From contig CM060732.1 in assembly GCA_030704615.1 (NCBI GenBank), positions 80,972,001 through 81,036,000 of the forward strand: a DNA stretch of 64,000 nt. The letters are read 5' to 3'. This document shows, piece after piece, positions 13,004 through 24,905 of the stretch. Under the pieces are notes generated by a model. The model had not been told where the DNA came from. It made no database searches and saw only the letters and a list, made by a program, of their open reading frames with translations. A program made the position numbers and the translations under genes. This stretch comes from Takakia lepidozioides. Lineage: Eukaryota; Plantae; Bryophyta. Numbering within the stretch: position 1 is the first letter of the stretch; every line of letters begins with the position of its first letter.

Positions 13004-16000
13004 ATGGAGCTGTGCTGTGATCCGGATGGAACGTGCATGGTGTGCTACGACATTCCTGCCGATGACCAGGTACTTGTAAAAGGTGGAATTCAGTGATATT
13101 TAAAGAATGTTGACGCCAATTCACAATGATAACGACTGGCTTGAGAAGTGCAACTTGTGGTCTTGTTATGCTGGCTAAATCCTTCCCATGAAGGACTACG
13201 TCCGTAAATGTATAAGGGTGGATAACTGATCAATTGACCTGTTACGGTTCCTGACCACAGTAGATTTTCCTTCGATATTATGCAGGTATTGATATGTGAT
13301 AGGTGCGAGAGCGCCTGGCATATTCGCTGCCTTGCACGCCCTCTTCTGAAGATTCCAGAGAACCAATGGTACTGCCCCGATTGCGCTCCTGTGCCCTCCG
13401 ATCGTCGACGGAGAGGGAGAGCTCCAAAACGGAGGTAAGTCGATCGAGCTCTATAGTTCGGTTTTTGAAGGAGGAGAATCGTTACTTCACCTTTATGGAC
13501 GTTATTACATTTTGGGGATAGAGAGAAGAGAGAAACTTATAGTGCTAAGGAGGCCCAAGCTACACTAGTAGAAAGAGAAATAAATATAACGTAGACTCAG
13601 GAAGCCCACTGGGTCAAAGAGATATAGTTGACGTTTGTGTAACGTCCAGAGAGCCCACAAAGGGTCCAATGGACGGTTGAAGGACCATTTTGAAGGATTG
13701 AACCATGATCATCATGGTAATATAAGAGAAATGAAATGAAATGGTGCTTTATAACGTCCATGGAAAGCTCATAGAGCTTATGGGACAAAATGGAAGAAAA
13801 CATGAGAGAGGAACAAATCCAGAAACCAAGAATAACAATTAATGTTCTAGCGATTGTCTAAGGGTGAAGGCCTCGTGCAGGTAGGCTGCCAAGCATTTTT
13901 GATCCTCATAGTGGAAGAGAGAGAAAGAAGAGAGAGAGAGAAAAGTATCTTGCCATAACAAAGATACCGAGTCTTGCAACCCGTAATCCTGTGGTACACT
14001 TCCTTCTGTTGCTCACATTGTCAGTACAAAACTGTCGGGGATCACAGCCATCAATAGCCTTCGGTGATGGTGGGTAGTGATTTGGGACAGGGACAATATT
14101 GGTATAATATCCCAATGCAGGATCCCAGTGGAGTCTCTTCTTTTCGAGTTTAGGTTCAAGAGTCCTGTATGGATAGATCTCAGGTCCTAGATTCTACAAA
14201 CTTATTACATGTTGGTTTCCCAAGGCATCTATATGGGCTTGGTTAAGCAGATCTATTAAATTCTGTTGTTCCTATGTTGATGGAAGCATCTCCATTTTCG
14301 TCGGTCTTTGATGTCAGGTGTGCCAATGTGATGGTTACGAAAATTCTTGCCATACAGGCTAAGAAAAGACTGTCAGAAAGGCAAAAGGCGCAACTTCGAC
14401 AGGATCTTCTTAGTGGTTTGGTCCCTGCTAAAACTGCGGCAGAGGGCCCAGTCCAAATGATGTCTGATGCTGTGGGCTCTAGGCGCCAGGGTTTCAGACA
14501 GTCTGTTAGAGGGAGGAGCCTGAAGTCAAGGCTGTCTTGCAAGACAAAGTCTGAAGAGAAGGAGCTCAGCACGCTAAGTTTCCTGAAGCAAAAATTATGC
14601 TGTGGATTCTGTCTGCAACTTCCCAAGTTGCCTGTTTCTGTAAGCTATAAAATCCCTTTTTGTCGGTTGTTGAACTGCTTCTGTTGTTCTCCTTGTCGGA
14701 TTCATGTGGCCCTTGTAGTGGGGTGGGAGATCTGTATGGTGCCCTTGGATACCCTACAAGATACTCTTATGCTGGTTTATGAACTTTTTAGAATGTTTCT
14801 GTCATTCACCTGGAAATCCCCTTCAACGGGATGGGCTAGTACACATGCCCATAGGCAGGCTAAATTATTTGTCCCTCTAAAGACATAAGCCAATGAGTAA
14901 TCAGACAGAGAAAGAGAGGGACTCATTTTTCGTTATTTTGGCAATGTTTTAGCCTTGGAGCATAGACCTTGCCACATGGAATGCCGACTGAGTAGGGTAT
15001 AGGTTTTGTCCCAAATCTTCCCTGCCTGCCTGCCTGCTGAGAGACTTGATGATGTCGGGAATGCACTCTCTCGGGTACACCAACAGAGAATAGTGATTGC
15101 AGGCACCATGTGGGCACAACTTCTGTTCCAACTGTCTCCGGAAATGGGTAAGCAACAAGAGGAACAAAACATGCGTTCAGTGCAGGGCAATCATACCCAA
15201 GTCCTCGATCAAGCAGATTCGTGTCAATTCGTCTCTTGCCAAAATTACACTGCTAGCTCAGAAGGAGCTTGATGCCAGAAGAAGCAAAGCTCGCGACATC
15301 TCCAACAGTGAGAGGCCTGACAAGGCTTTCACCTCTGAGCGCGCTGTGAGGGGGGGAAATTCAAATGCCTCTAGTGGGCGCATCTTGGTTACTACACACC
15401 CCCATCACTATGGGCCTATTACAAAGGAGTTTGATCGAGACCGAAGACGGGGTGTCTTAGTTGGAGACTCGTGGGCTAATCGACTCGAATGCCGGCAGTG
15501 GGGTACCCACCTCCCTCATGTCGCTGCATTTGCTGGGCAAGCTGGGGGAGGTTGTCAGTCAGTTGTGCTTTCAACTGGATATCCAGATGATGAGGATCAT
15601 GGAGATTGGTTTGTGTTGACTGGCAGGTTGAAAATCTGTTAACCTTTTCTTTCTGTTTTTTGTCTTCTACTTTGTCCATAGGCCCTTGGGGTCCCTCTCG
15701 ATGTTGTAAAGCTTCTCTCTCTCTCTCTCTCAGACCCTTTGGGCCTCTGGTGTACAGGATTTCTGCTTTCTTATAAAGTACCATTTCATTTCATTTCATT
15801 CATTTCCTTGATTTTTCTCTTGTTTGCATGAGCCACTCTGTCCCCAAGCTCCATTTGGGGTTCTTTCATATGCTCGTTTGGTGTTCTCTTGTTTGTTTCA
15901 TGCCCTGCGGGTCTCCCGTGGATGTACTGAAATTTCTTCTTCTTTGGTTCTCTTACATAAAAAGGTATAAAGGCATGGTTCCCGTAGTACTTTTACTGTT

Positions 16001-19000
16001 TCCTAAAGAGGGCTTCCAGGTCAGGCAGGACCATTTAAGGGGGCAATCCTCATAAAAGTTTCTCCCAAAGCCCTCGGTAAACATTTTGGTTATTTGTCAT
16101 AATTTATACAAACAGAAGTACTCAAACTGTAGGAGTTCTCAACTGCAAATGTTGGTGGTATTTTCAGTGGGGGCCATGATCTGACTGGGAACAAGCGCAC
16201 TTCAAAGGATCTGGCATTTGACCAGACATTTGTCAGAGTGAATGAAGCTATGCGTGAAGGCTGCCTTAAAGGCTACCCTGTGCGCGTTGTCAGGTTCGGA
16301 ATTCAGCTGACATGGTCATAGCTCTTGTGCAGTCTGCTATAGTCTGGTCACATCGGGATCTCAGGGTTGGCTCAGAAGATGAAAAGAGCAGAAAAACAAG
16401 TCCATGGGACTTACTCATCACAGTCAGCAACCAAGTGTGATGTAATGGACAAACCGATCTTTTGGTAATGTTGTGGCCATGAAGTAAACCCAAAAGTCAT
16501 AGAGAAGAGAGAGAAGAAGAAGCACCGTCAGGGTATAAAACTCAGCCTGTAACTCTGAAGTGCGCCTGTTCTACAGGTCACAATCCAGGTACACAGTGTG
16601 CTGATTTGAAGTGGTGTTCATTTCAGTTACCTTGCAGACAGTGACACATAGCATGGATTGCCAGTCACACTTCAGTGCAAACAGGGTACTGCAGGGCCCA
16701 TGTAGAAGAATAGAGAACTAACGTAATCCCACTCTCTGTGTTTAGATCATTCAAGTCTGGATCTACATTTGCTCCTGAAAGTGGCCTTCGATATGACGGT
16801 ATTTATCGGACTGAAATGTGTTGGTGCAAGAAATCCACAGAGGTACCATGCCAGAACCTAAAAGCTCTTCTTATATTCCAAATATTCACCTCCAGATGCT
16901 GTCACTAACTAATGCTGAATTGACCCAAATAAAGGCAGTGGCGTATCTTGTCTGGTTAGCATCGGAGTTGACTGGTGATCTCTTTCTCTTCTGTGGTGAG
17001 GGACAGGGATTTCAAGTTTGTCGATATCTGTTTGTTCGATGCGATAATGAGCCTCCTCCGTGGACGAAGTAAAGTTCTCTGTGTCTGACTGTCTCTCTTT
17101 CGTCCATTTGAATATTGGCTATCAAATTCTCCATGTCTTCTTTGTGGTCCTTCAGACCAAACGTTTTTATGCCCTCCCACCAAAATTAAGTACCCGGAAA
17201 AAGGTTCTTGCCGTAATCTTAATACCATAGACCCTATCCCAGTTTGAATGAGCCGTGTTTAACTCTCTTGAGTGCGGTTATAATATTTTTCTTAGACTTA
17301 AAATGCGATACTGCAGAAATGGACATGGCGACAAACCAAGGCTGCGGCTGCCTTCAGTGAAAGAGCTGAAAGGTGCCAGGAGCATCACACGCAGAAGAGA
17401 TCAGCCATCATGGGGATGGGAGGTACTGCTTGAAGACGTCACCTTTGTCCTTGTTCAACTTCACAAATCAATATCAAATCTCTACACGAGTCAATAATAT
17501 GCTTTTGAATATGATGACAAAGTGAGCCTTTTGAGTCCATCTGCAATGCATCTGTTAACAGGGTTGTCCTAGTTAGTGTGTGAGCACTTGGTAATTTTCG
17601 CCTACTAAGTGTCAGAGGATGTGGTTATGAGTAAATTTTGGATGCCAGCCATACATCAGCAACTTCATTGACAGTGTTGGCTGCATCAAAGACTTCGAAA
17701 GCTAGGCTGAGCTCCATCTGATGGATGGAACCATAGGACTGGCTCTTGAGGGTTACTATCAATCAATGACTAGCATCTTGTACTCTCCATCAAAGGGTGT
17801 TTAATGAGTGCATCTCCTCTTGCCATACTGCTAAGACTGCTGTCAAACCTGACATTGGTCAAGAACAGTTGTAGGTCTTGTAACATAGCTGTGCTGGTTA
17901 AGTTCTGGCCTACTATGCAATGCTGTCAGGTAAGATAGCATTTGCTAGGACCTGTAACTTCGTGAAGGAGAAAGTTATAGCTTCACATCCATGCTCCCAT
18001 TTATAATCGGTAGCTAGGGAGTACTGATTTCTTCTTGCTCTCTCTTACACACACACACCCCCACAGATCGGAAATGCTTAGCCTCTTCCCCTCATGAGAG
18101 AGTCTCTGTCTTTGACTATGTCTTTGAACCTGCTTTCTTTGTCTGTTACTTTTGCGTGAGAAGCTCTTGGATCCTGTGGATACTAGAGAGTTTCATTTTT
18201 CGTTATTCTAAATCTTTCCTTTTTTCTCTCCCTCTCTATATCTGGTTCTGATGTGTCTCTTTTGTTTATACTGCTTTCTTTGTCCTATAAGCTCTTTGAG
18301 CTTCCCATGGATGTTATATAATATTTCCAAGCTTGTTTTAAATTTGGAATTTCTGTTTGGTCTCAGATACACCTTGGGCTTCTCAGTGGACTAACATATG
18401 TCTATCGCTTGTTTTCTTTCTTTCTTGTGTCGGTAGTGGGGCTGACATGCAACCTTGCAGGAGAAAGAAGGCAAATGGGGTTGGTTGGGTGACAACCCCA
18501 ATGACGTACTCTCAAACAAGAGTACACCGAGCGAGAAAGAGCCGAGGTTCAAAGAGCGTATCTTAAAAGGTTGGTATCCCTTTGGCACTACATATGGTGT
18601 ACCTGGCCTGCTGGCCTTTTAATGTAGCCTCATACAGGGTCAGAATTATCATGTCTGCTCTCTTGTTTCCTGTTTCCCTTTTAGCAAGATGCAAAATTAG
18701 ATATCACTGTGATTCAATATGTCCACCTTCATGAAATTGTCAGTGCTAGTCTGACCTAATTAATATTTATCGAAGCTCATTGGAGGACCATCAAAATCCT
18801 TAACAGAAATTGAAAGCTTCCCTTTCATGAAGAGTGCAATTTCATGACTATGTGCAATAGCCCTGAACAACCAGTAGGTGTTTGTGACTGATACCAACCA
18901 GCAGTGTTTACGCACCTTTAAACCTGTTCAGAACTGAGGTACTGCTGGTGTGATACAGAGTTGGAATGTGCCCTATGTAACAAGCTGATGAGTGCACCAA

Positions 19001-19876
19001 CATCAACCCTCTGTGGACACAACTTTTGCAAGAGCTGTCTAGAGGCATCATTCTCAAAGAGCATGCCATGGCAACACCCAAGAGCTTCCAGCCCAGTTAG
19101 TCTTCGCACCCGGAAGGCCATGAGGTGTTGTCCCAGCTGCAAAGCCAACATCTCGGATTGGGGCATTCCTCAGGCTTGAAACCTGAACTTTTGTACCCTT
19201 GAAGATGTCATGTCAATGAGCCATCAAGCTTACGAGTGCAAGATTTTACTGTTGCCACTTGAAGTTGAAGATGCCTGTGGTTGATACATGTCTCTTTTGG
19301 TACAAGGCAATATCGATTAGATAGAAAATCAATTGGGGAGGCTGCGGCCCATGTACAAGTGGGCCATTTGAAAGTGTCTTCCATGTAGAGGCAACAGTTT
19401 GAATCAATTAAAGAGGCACAAGAAGTTATGACGGCTATCGGAGGCGTCAATGTTTTTCTTGTTTCCCTTAGTTTACTTTGAAAAGTTCTTTTGTTCGTCT
19501 TTCAGAGCTCGGCGACAGTGTACAGTTGTAACAAAATGACGAAACAAAGAGAAATGTGACAAGCACAATTTGATTGCTATGCCTCTTGCAACAGGTGAAC
19601 TGGCAATTGATGGATGTTATCACTTCACTGGGAGGAACCCATCTGGCCTCATCTAATGAAGGTGCTGAATATAGCAAACTAGCAGAGTTGCGGACTGAAG
19701 AATGTGCTACTGCTGGTAATCCCACTCTGACATTATCAGGCTTGGCTTGTAGTAGCCCTATCACCATAGAGTCTGGACCCTGTTTGGATGAACCAAAAGG
19801 GTACAGCGAGAGTAAGAGAATTGCCACTTCCATGGCAGCTGGCTCGCTCCTGCCATGGGATTATCTTTGTATGTAA
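13004..19876 (+). CDS. ORTH: ORTHRUS/VIM (UHRF1-like) E3 ubiquitin ligase: PHD-RING-SRA-RING
   Basis: Phase-consistent exons: 13004-13069, 13286-13434, 14318-14639, 15103-15626, 16168-16293, 16746-16842, 17007-17068, 17317-17422, 18461-18569, 18959-19173, 19595-19876 (3' end uncertain). PHD: MELCCDPDGTCMVC..CDRCESAWHIRCL..WYCPDC. RING1: CGFC..PCGHNFCSNC..CVQC. SRA: RGVLVGDSWANRLECRQWG..GNKRT..GYPVRVVRS..RYDGIY..RYLFVRCDNEPPPW. RING2: CALC..CGHNFCKSC..CPSC. Confidence 0.93.
13728..13918 (-). mobile_element. 5'-truncated LINE 3' end with (ATTTC)n tail in ORTH intron 2
   Basis: Reverse complement of the family consensus ...cttagacaatcgctagaac...ccataagctctatgagctttcc..ggacgttataaagcaccatttcatttc. 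Confidence 0.88.
15680..15805 (+). mobile_element. LINE 3'-end fragment (variant 3' UTR) in ORTH intron 4
   Basis: ttataaagtaccatttcatttcatttcatt tail. Confidence 0.7.
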
Positions 19877-20152
19877 TTGGTTTTGCCTGCCAGATTTCCT
19901 CCAGCAACATCTTTACTGGGCCAGAGCGATAGGGTCATGGGCTCAACTGTGGAAAAGGAGATGCAGCTTTGGTTGTGGATATTATGCAAAGGAGGCATCT
20001 CGCTCATAGGAGCACTCATTGGATTCCATCAGGCTTAGAGATTTTTTTCTGTTTTTTTTTCGCTGGATGCCCCTGGCAGAATGAGGGATAGATGGAAATA
20101 ACCAATCAGTACAACCACTGAGAGACAGAGAGGGAGATAAACTAGACTCGAT

Positions 20153-22696
20153 ATGATAGAGAGTGAGGGAAAGCTACTTGCTGATGTTTTATTTAGTGAT
20201 GGGAATCATACAGGAAGGAAAGTGCCACCACCAATCCTGCGAGTTTATCAGAGGCGCTTTCAGTCCAGAAACCCAGTCAACAGACCCCAACCCAATATCG
20301 CTTATGCAGATGGTGTCATTGCCAGGCCAAAATTGGCATCATCAGAGACTGACGACACAGTTTGTAAGCGAAGAATAGACCGAGAGGACAACCAAGTTGG
20401 ACTAAACCACGTTGGGGACACAGCTGCCATGTACCCAGAGGTTGGAAGGGGGCCATTGATTAGTGGTGTCTCTGGTCATGACACGGGGAGTGATCAACTC
20501 AAGCACCCCCAAAACTTGCAAGAGGGAGGACCTGGAAGTGAAACACCCTCAAAATGCCTGCTTCTCACAGATGACTTCATTTCTGATGATGTGCCAGATA
20601 TCACAATGAAATCTCCATATGAACCTCTATTAATTGAACATATTAGTCCTCAGTGTCCCATTTCGGATAATCAAGTGGGCTTGACCACAGCACATCCTTG
20701 CTCATTGTGTCCGGCTTTAACTGGCAGTCACCTTATTCCAGTAGAGTTACCTTGCAAGGCACCCTCCGGGGGTATATCTATTGGAGATGAAGCAGACTCT
20801 CTCGGTGGATTAGGAATAGTTCTAGAACGTTCTGGTGTTGATTTCGGGTCCACTCGTGTGCGGTTCTCTAAGAGTGGTGTATCTGGGACTAAAGGAGAGC
20901 AGGTGTCACAGGGGAAATGGCTGAAGGGTGATTATGTTTCTGCCAGTGCTTTTACACGGAAGTTGCGGCCTAGGAACAAATGGGGCTTGGCCAGCTGCTT
21001 GCGTCCAACTACCCCTGAAGTAAGACCCGGGATGTCAGGTTCACAAGTGGGAAACGAAAGTTGCGGCGAGGATTGTGAGGAGGGAGGGACTGGGGCCCCA
21101 AGCATTGATGAGGAGGCAGCTTCGAAGATATTCCAAGGCTCTGCATCAAACGACCATGAGGGTTCTCTTCCCACACAGACCGGAGAAATACCGAAGGCAC
21201 CCGCCATACTTCTAGAGAGGGATAACGACACTTATCTCGCAATATCCCAAGGCTCTGCATCACAATACCAGGGGGTTTTGACAGCTTCTCTTCCCAGTCA
21301 GACGGGGGACATTCCCAGGGCACCCGTCATAGAATTAGATAGTGATAGTGATGCTGACCACACAAGTCAGAAATTGAATTTCGAAGCCAGGAACATCAAA
21401 GAGGAGGGAATGGCTGGGACCTTGTATGGTTTTGGAACCAAGGGTGACAATGTCTCGAGTGCTATGCAGCTGGGCCCCATTGTTAAGATGTGCACCAAGG
21501 AGCAGCCAATTATACTCGACAGCAGTGAGGAATCTGACAGGACATTGCAAGCAGATAGTGAGCCTCCTGATGGAAAGCCATGTCAGAGAACTATCAATGT
21601 TCTTAGACAGGTCATGGGCAAAAGGAAGAGAGAGAAGATCCTTCAAGAAAGAAGTAAACGGAAGCTGTTTCGGGAAGAGAAGCGAAGGCAAGAAGTTGGA
21701 CTGCAGCTGACTGAGGCATGGCCAAATTTCACACCAGGTAACCATGAAAAGGGCCCAACAATTTTGGTTCGAATTAAGGAACAGGATTCTTGGATCACTG
21801 CCGGTCTGGACACCCCCAGGGTGAAGATAGAACCAGCAGCAGAAACTGCTTGCTGGGTTGAGGATCTAACCAGTGAGATCCCCTGTTCTGCTGGGCGCGA
21901 CAAAGTTGGCACTAAGTCAGTTGTGCCAACTGTGGAAAGAGAACAGAGAATGGGTTCGGATTATGTGGCTAATGGAGCTGGGATTGCACAGGCCTGCAAG
22001 TATCCCAGGGGGATAGCTGTCCACCCCAAAGACGAGCTTGCAGCAGAAACGTCAACGGCATTGAACGAACGGAATCTTACTTCTGCTGTAAGAGTTGAAG
22101 TTGAATCACTAGGAACAGATGTGGGATTGGAGGGTCCTAAGGAGCCTGGTAGTGAATTGTGTCGGGTGGAAGACCCAGGCACTCTCGGGGCACCAATGAA
22201 TTGCCAAGCTTCGTTAAACCAAGCTTGCACCGAGTTTTTCGGTTTCATGAGTAGCATAATGTCCAGGGATCAGGTATTCCACCCCTTCTACTTCCCCTCT
22301 CTCATTGTTCACCTCTGTATTTGGTACACACTCTGGAATCAATATTATTCTTCTGGATTATTATCAATGCCATATTGTAATTAGATTTTGTTGCGTGAGC
22401 ATGAGTCCTCAGAAAATGTTTCGGATATACTGCAGTGGGTCAGACTAGATTCCAGGCAATTGGCAGCGAAGGGACTATGACGTCAAGGCTATGTCATGAA
22501 CTACCCTTCAGAGGGAACAGTTAATGTATGTATGTATGTAGTGTCAAGCTTCAAGTTAGTTGAATCCATGTAGTCACCAATGGCTACTGTCCCCTGATTG
22601 TGGCTGTTCGTGTTTGCACAGGTGGATCGCAATGCAGAAGCAGAAAGACTTGTTCTCTTGCTTAAAACCCTTCGTCAGGGGGCAAGCCTAACCTAG
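20153..22696 (+). CDS. Large low-complexity, probably disordered protein (~731 aa); separate gene or C-terminal extension of ORTH
   Basis: Open exon 20153-22273 with donor cag|gtattc, joined in phase to exon 22622-22696 (VDRNAEAERLVLLLKTLRQGASLT*). Contains a basic NLS-like stretch, SIM-like motifs and an internal ~40-aa duplication. Confidence 0.65.
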
Positions 22697-23746
22697 AATG
22701 AGGACCTGCCATCAGTCTGTGGCCAGTTGACATTCTGTACTGTGACCCCCCTATCTGTAGTCTAGGTGTCAGATAGCCAGCATTATGATCCAATGACCTT
22801 GTTGGTAAGGAAGGGTGAGACAAATAGCAGGAATTGGCCTAAACTTGCAGGCCTTCCTATGGAACACGAAGAAAGGAGAGCATATTTGTGTTCAGAAAAC
22901 CCTCACCTATGAGTTCAATGAGTAGGGGTGGAAAGGCACCTATTGAACCTTTTTGGTTGGAGAGATTTTGTTCCACAATCCCTGTTTCTAGACTGACCCT
23001 ACCAAAGTTTCAACCAGGGCCGCAAATCCCACCGATTGAGCTGCTGGTGTAAATTTGTTCTTCGGTGGAGTCAACTCTGTGCTTAGCTCTTGGTCTTCAC
23101 CAGGACAAAATCAGTTGTGCAGTGAGACAAGGTGTGAGCCTACTACAAACATACTATTTTCTGGAAAATGGCACTTTAGCGGTGGAATTTATGGCCAGCT
23201 TATGCGGAAGTGTTGGAGAATGGTGCATTGGTTGATCGAAGATCCCTTGGGCTGCAAAAACCATGCAACAATCTCGACATTCCAAATTTTCAAATTTTGG
23301 TCAGGCTTTACTAATGCAAATCAGGCTGCGTTCGAAACAGGGGAGTCAAGTATGTTTTGCCACTTGGCTGATTAAATCAATCGTTTTACCTGCCGTAATT
23401 TGTGTGTAGTAACAAGAGGGAAGAAGCTGATGCTTAGCAGGGGTGCATCATGTGTTGGTGGCCTGTGTCTGGACGTCCGCATACTGAGAAATCTGAAGCA
23501 TGTGGACTAGTGTTTGAAGGAAAGGAAGGCAATCAAGGCACAGATAGCAGTGGCGGAGAAGGTACAAATGCAGTGAAAACTGTTCGGACTCACTTGCAGC
23601 ACAGAAGTTCAGAGAAATTGAACTTGGCAAAACCTTAATGATAAATGTAGGATTTTTGGGATTAGACCAGAATACCGCTTTATACATTTCACTAGTTTCC
23701 TGTGTCCTCTGTAAGAGAAAATACCCCTTGTCCAATATGATGTGGA

Positions 23747-24063
23747 CTCCAGGTGCCCGGATTGATGCATTCAACCTGGATCAAATATGTCTAATACCCC
23801 AGTCCATGTCCAGACAGGAAGCTTTGTTCCATAAACCTTTCTGTGCTTTTCCCGACCAAATATCATATGCTTCTTCGGCAGTCTTTTGATAAGGAACACT
23901 CACTCACCTGGACCCAAAAGCTTCTTCTGACTTCCGCTACAGATTCATGTTGCTTTCCAGTTCTGAACACTTTTGATCACAGGCAGAGCTTATACTCTAC
24001 CTTTGTGTGCAGGAATCACTAGTTTGCTAGTTTTACCGTCCTGCATGCATTTAAGATTCAAAA
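23747..24063 (+). repeat. Copy 1 of a ~300-bp direct duplication (copy 2 at 28123-28421)
   Basis: Shared ttgatgcattcaacct..taccccagtccatg..ggaacactcactcacctggac..gtgtgcaggaatcactagtttg..ccgtcctgcatgcat.taagattcaaaa. Confidence 0.9.
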
Positions 24064-24482
24064 GAGGTCACTTTAAGTTTGAAAAACAATCAGGGATGGC
24101 AGACAATCAACAAAGCACTGTAGAACGTGTGAAAATGATCCTACATGGTACACTGTTTTGAACCTGTGAGTTGATCCCTCTCTTGCTCGCTGTTTGTCTT
24201 TCTTCGAAATGTGACTGCAGAGTCTGATGACAGCCGCCTGTCAATCTGTGGGCGAATGAGGAGCTAATGCTGCAGTGCAGACATCCAATTTTTGCTGTCT
24301 AGCATGACTAGACCACCCAGTGCATCGATAGTACATGCCTGTGGCAGATGGCTGATATCCCATGGAGGAAATGCCCTCAATATACATTGCAGCCAATACT
24401 CCCAAGGCATGAATGAACCAAGAAGCTGCTTGGTTATAGTAACTGACGCAAGTCACTCTCCCCTTACAAGGAATACATGGTT

Positions 24483-24905
24483 TCACCAATACTCGCCACA
24501 AGAACAAACCCCATCTTCGAAGTGGTGAAATCGGTTGGCATCCTTTACAACAATTGCTCGCCCAACTATCTTTGAGATGATCTTTGTGGCCGTGTGGTCC
24601 ACACCACAAACTCGAAGGTTCTTGAAGGTTCTTGATCAAACGGAGAGGCATCCAGGGGCCGTGCTGATCAGCCCAAAAGCAATGGCCAGCTTCTCACTGT
24701 GGTGGCATAGAGAAAATGCCTTTTGCTCTCCTCTACATCGTGCAATACAAAGTGCGTGTCAGGCGCGTACTCTGCCTCCTTCATCTGCCCAGATAATCTT
24801 CTCAGTTCAGCATGGATTTGTCAATTGGGGATGCAATTTGTCATCTACAACCAAGGCGTGCACCTGATGGCTGACCTCAAGGCAGCAATGACCTGGATCC
24901 TTTCT
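24483..24905 (-). pseudogene. Frameshifted E+/DYW cytidine-deaminase domain relic of the PPR gene
   Basis: Across frame changes it reads [109 protein letters not shown]. Confidence 0.9.
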
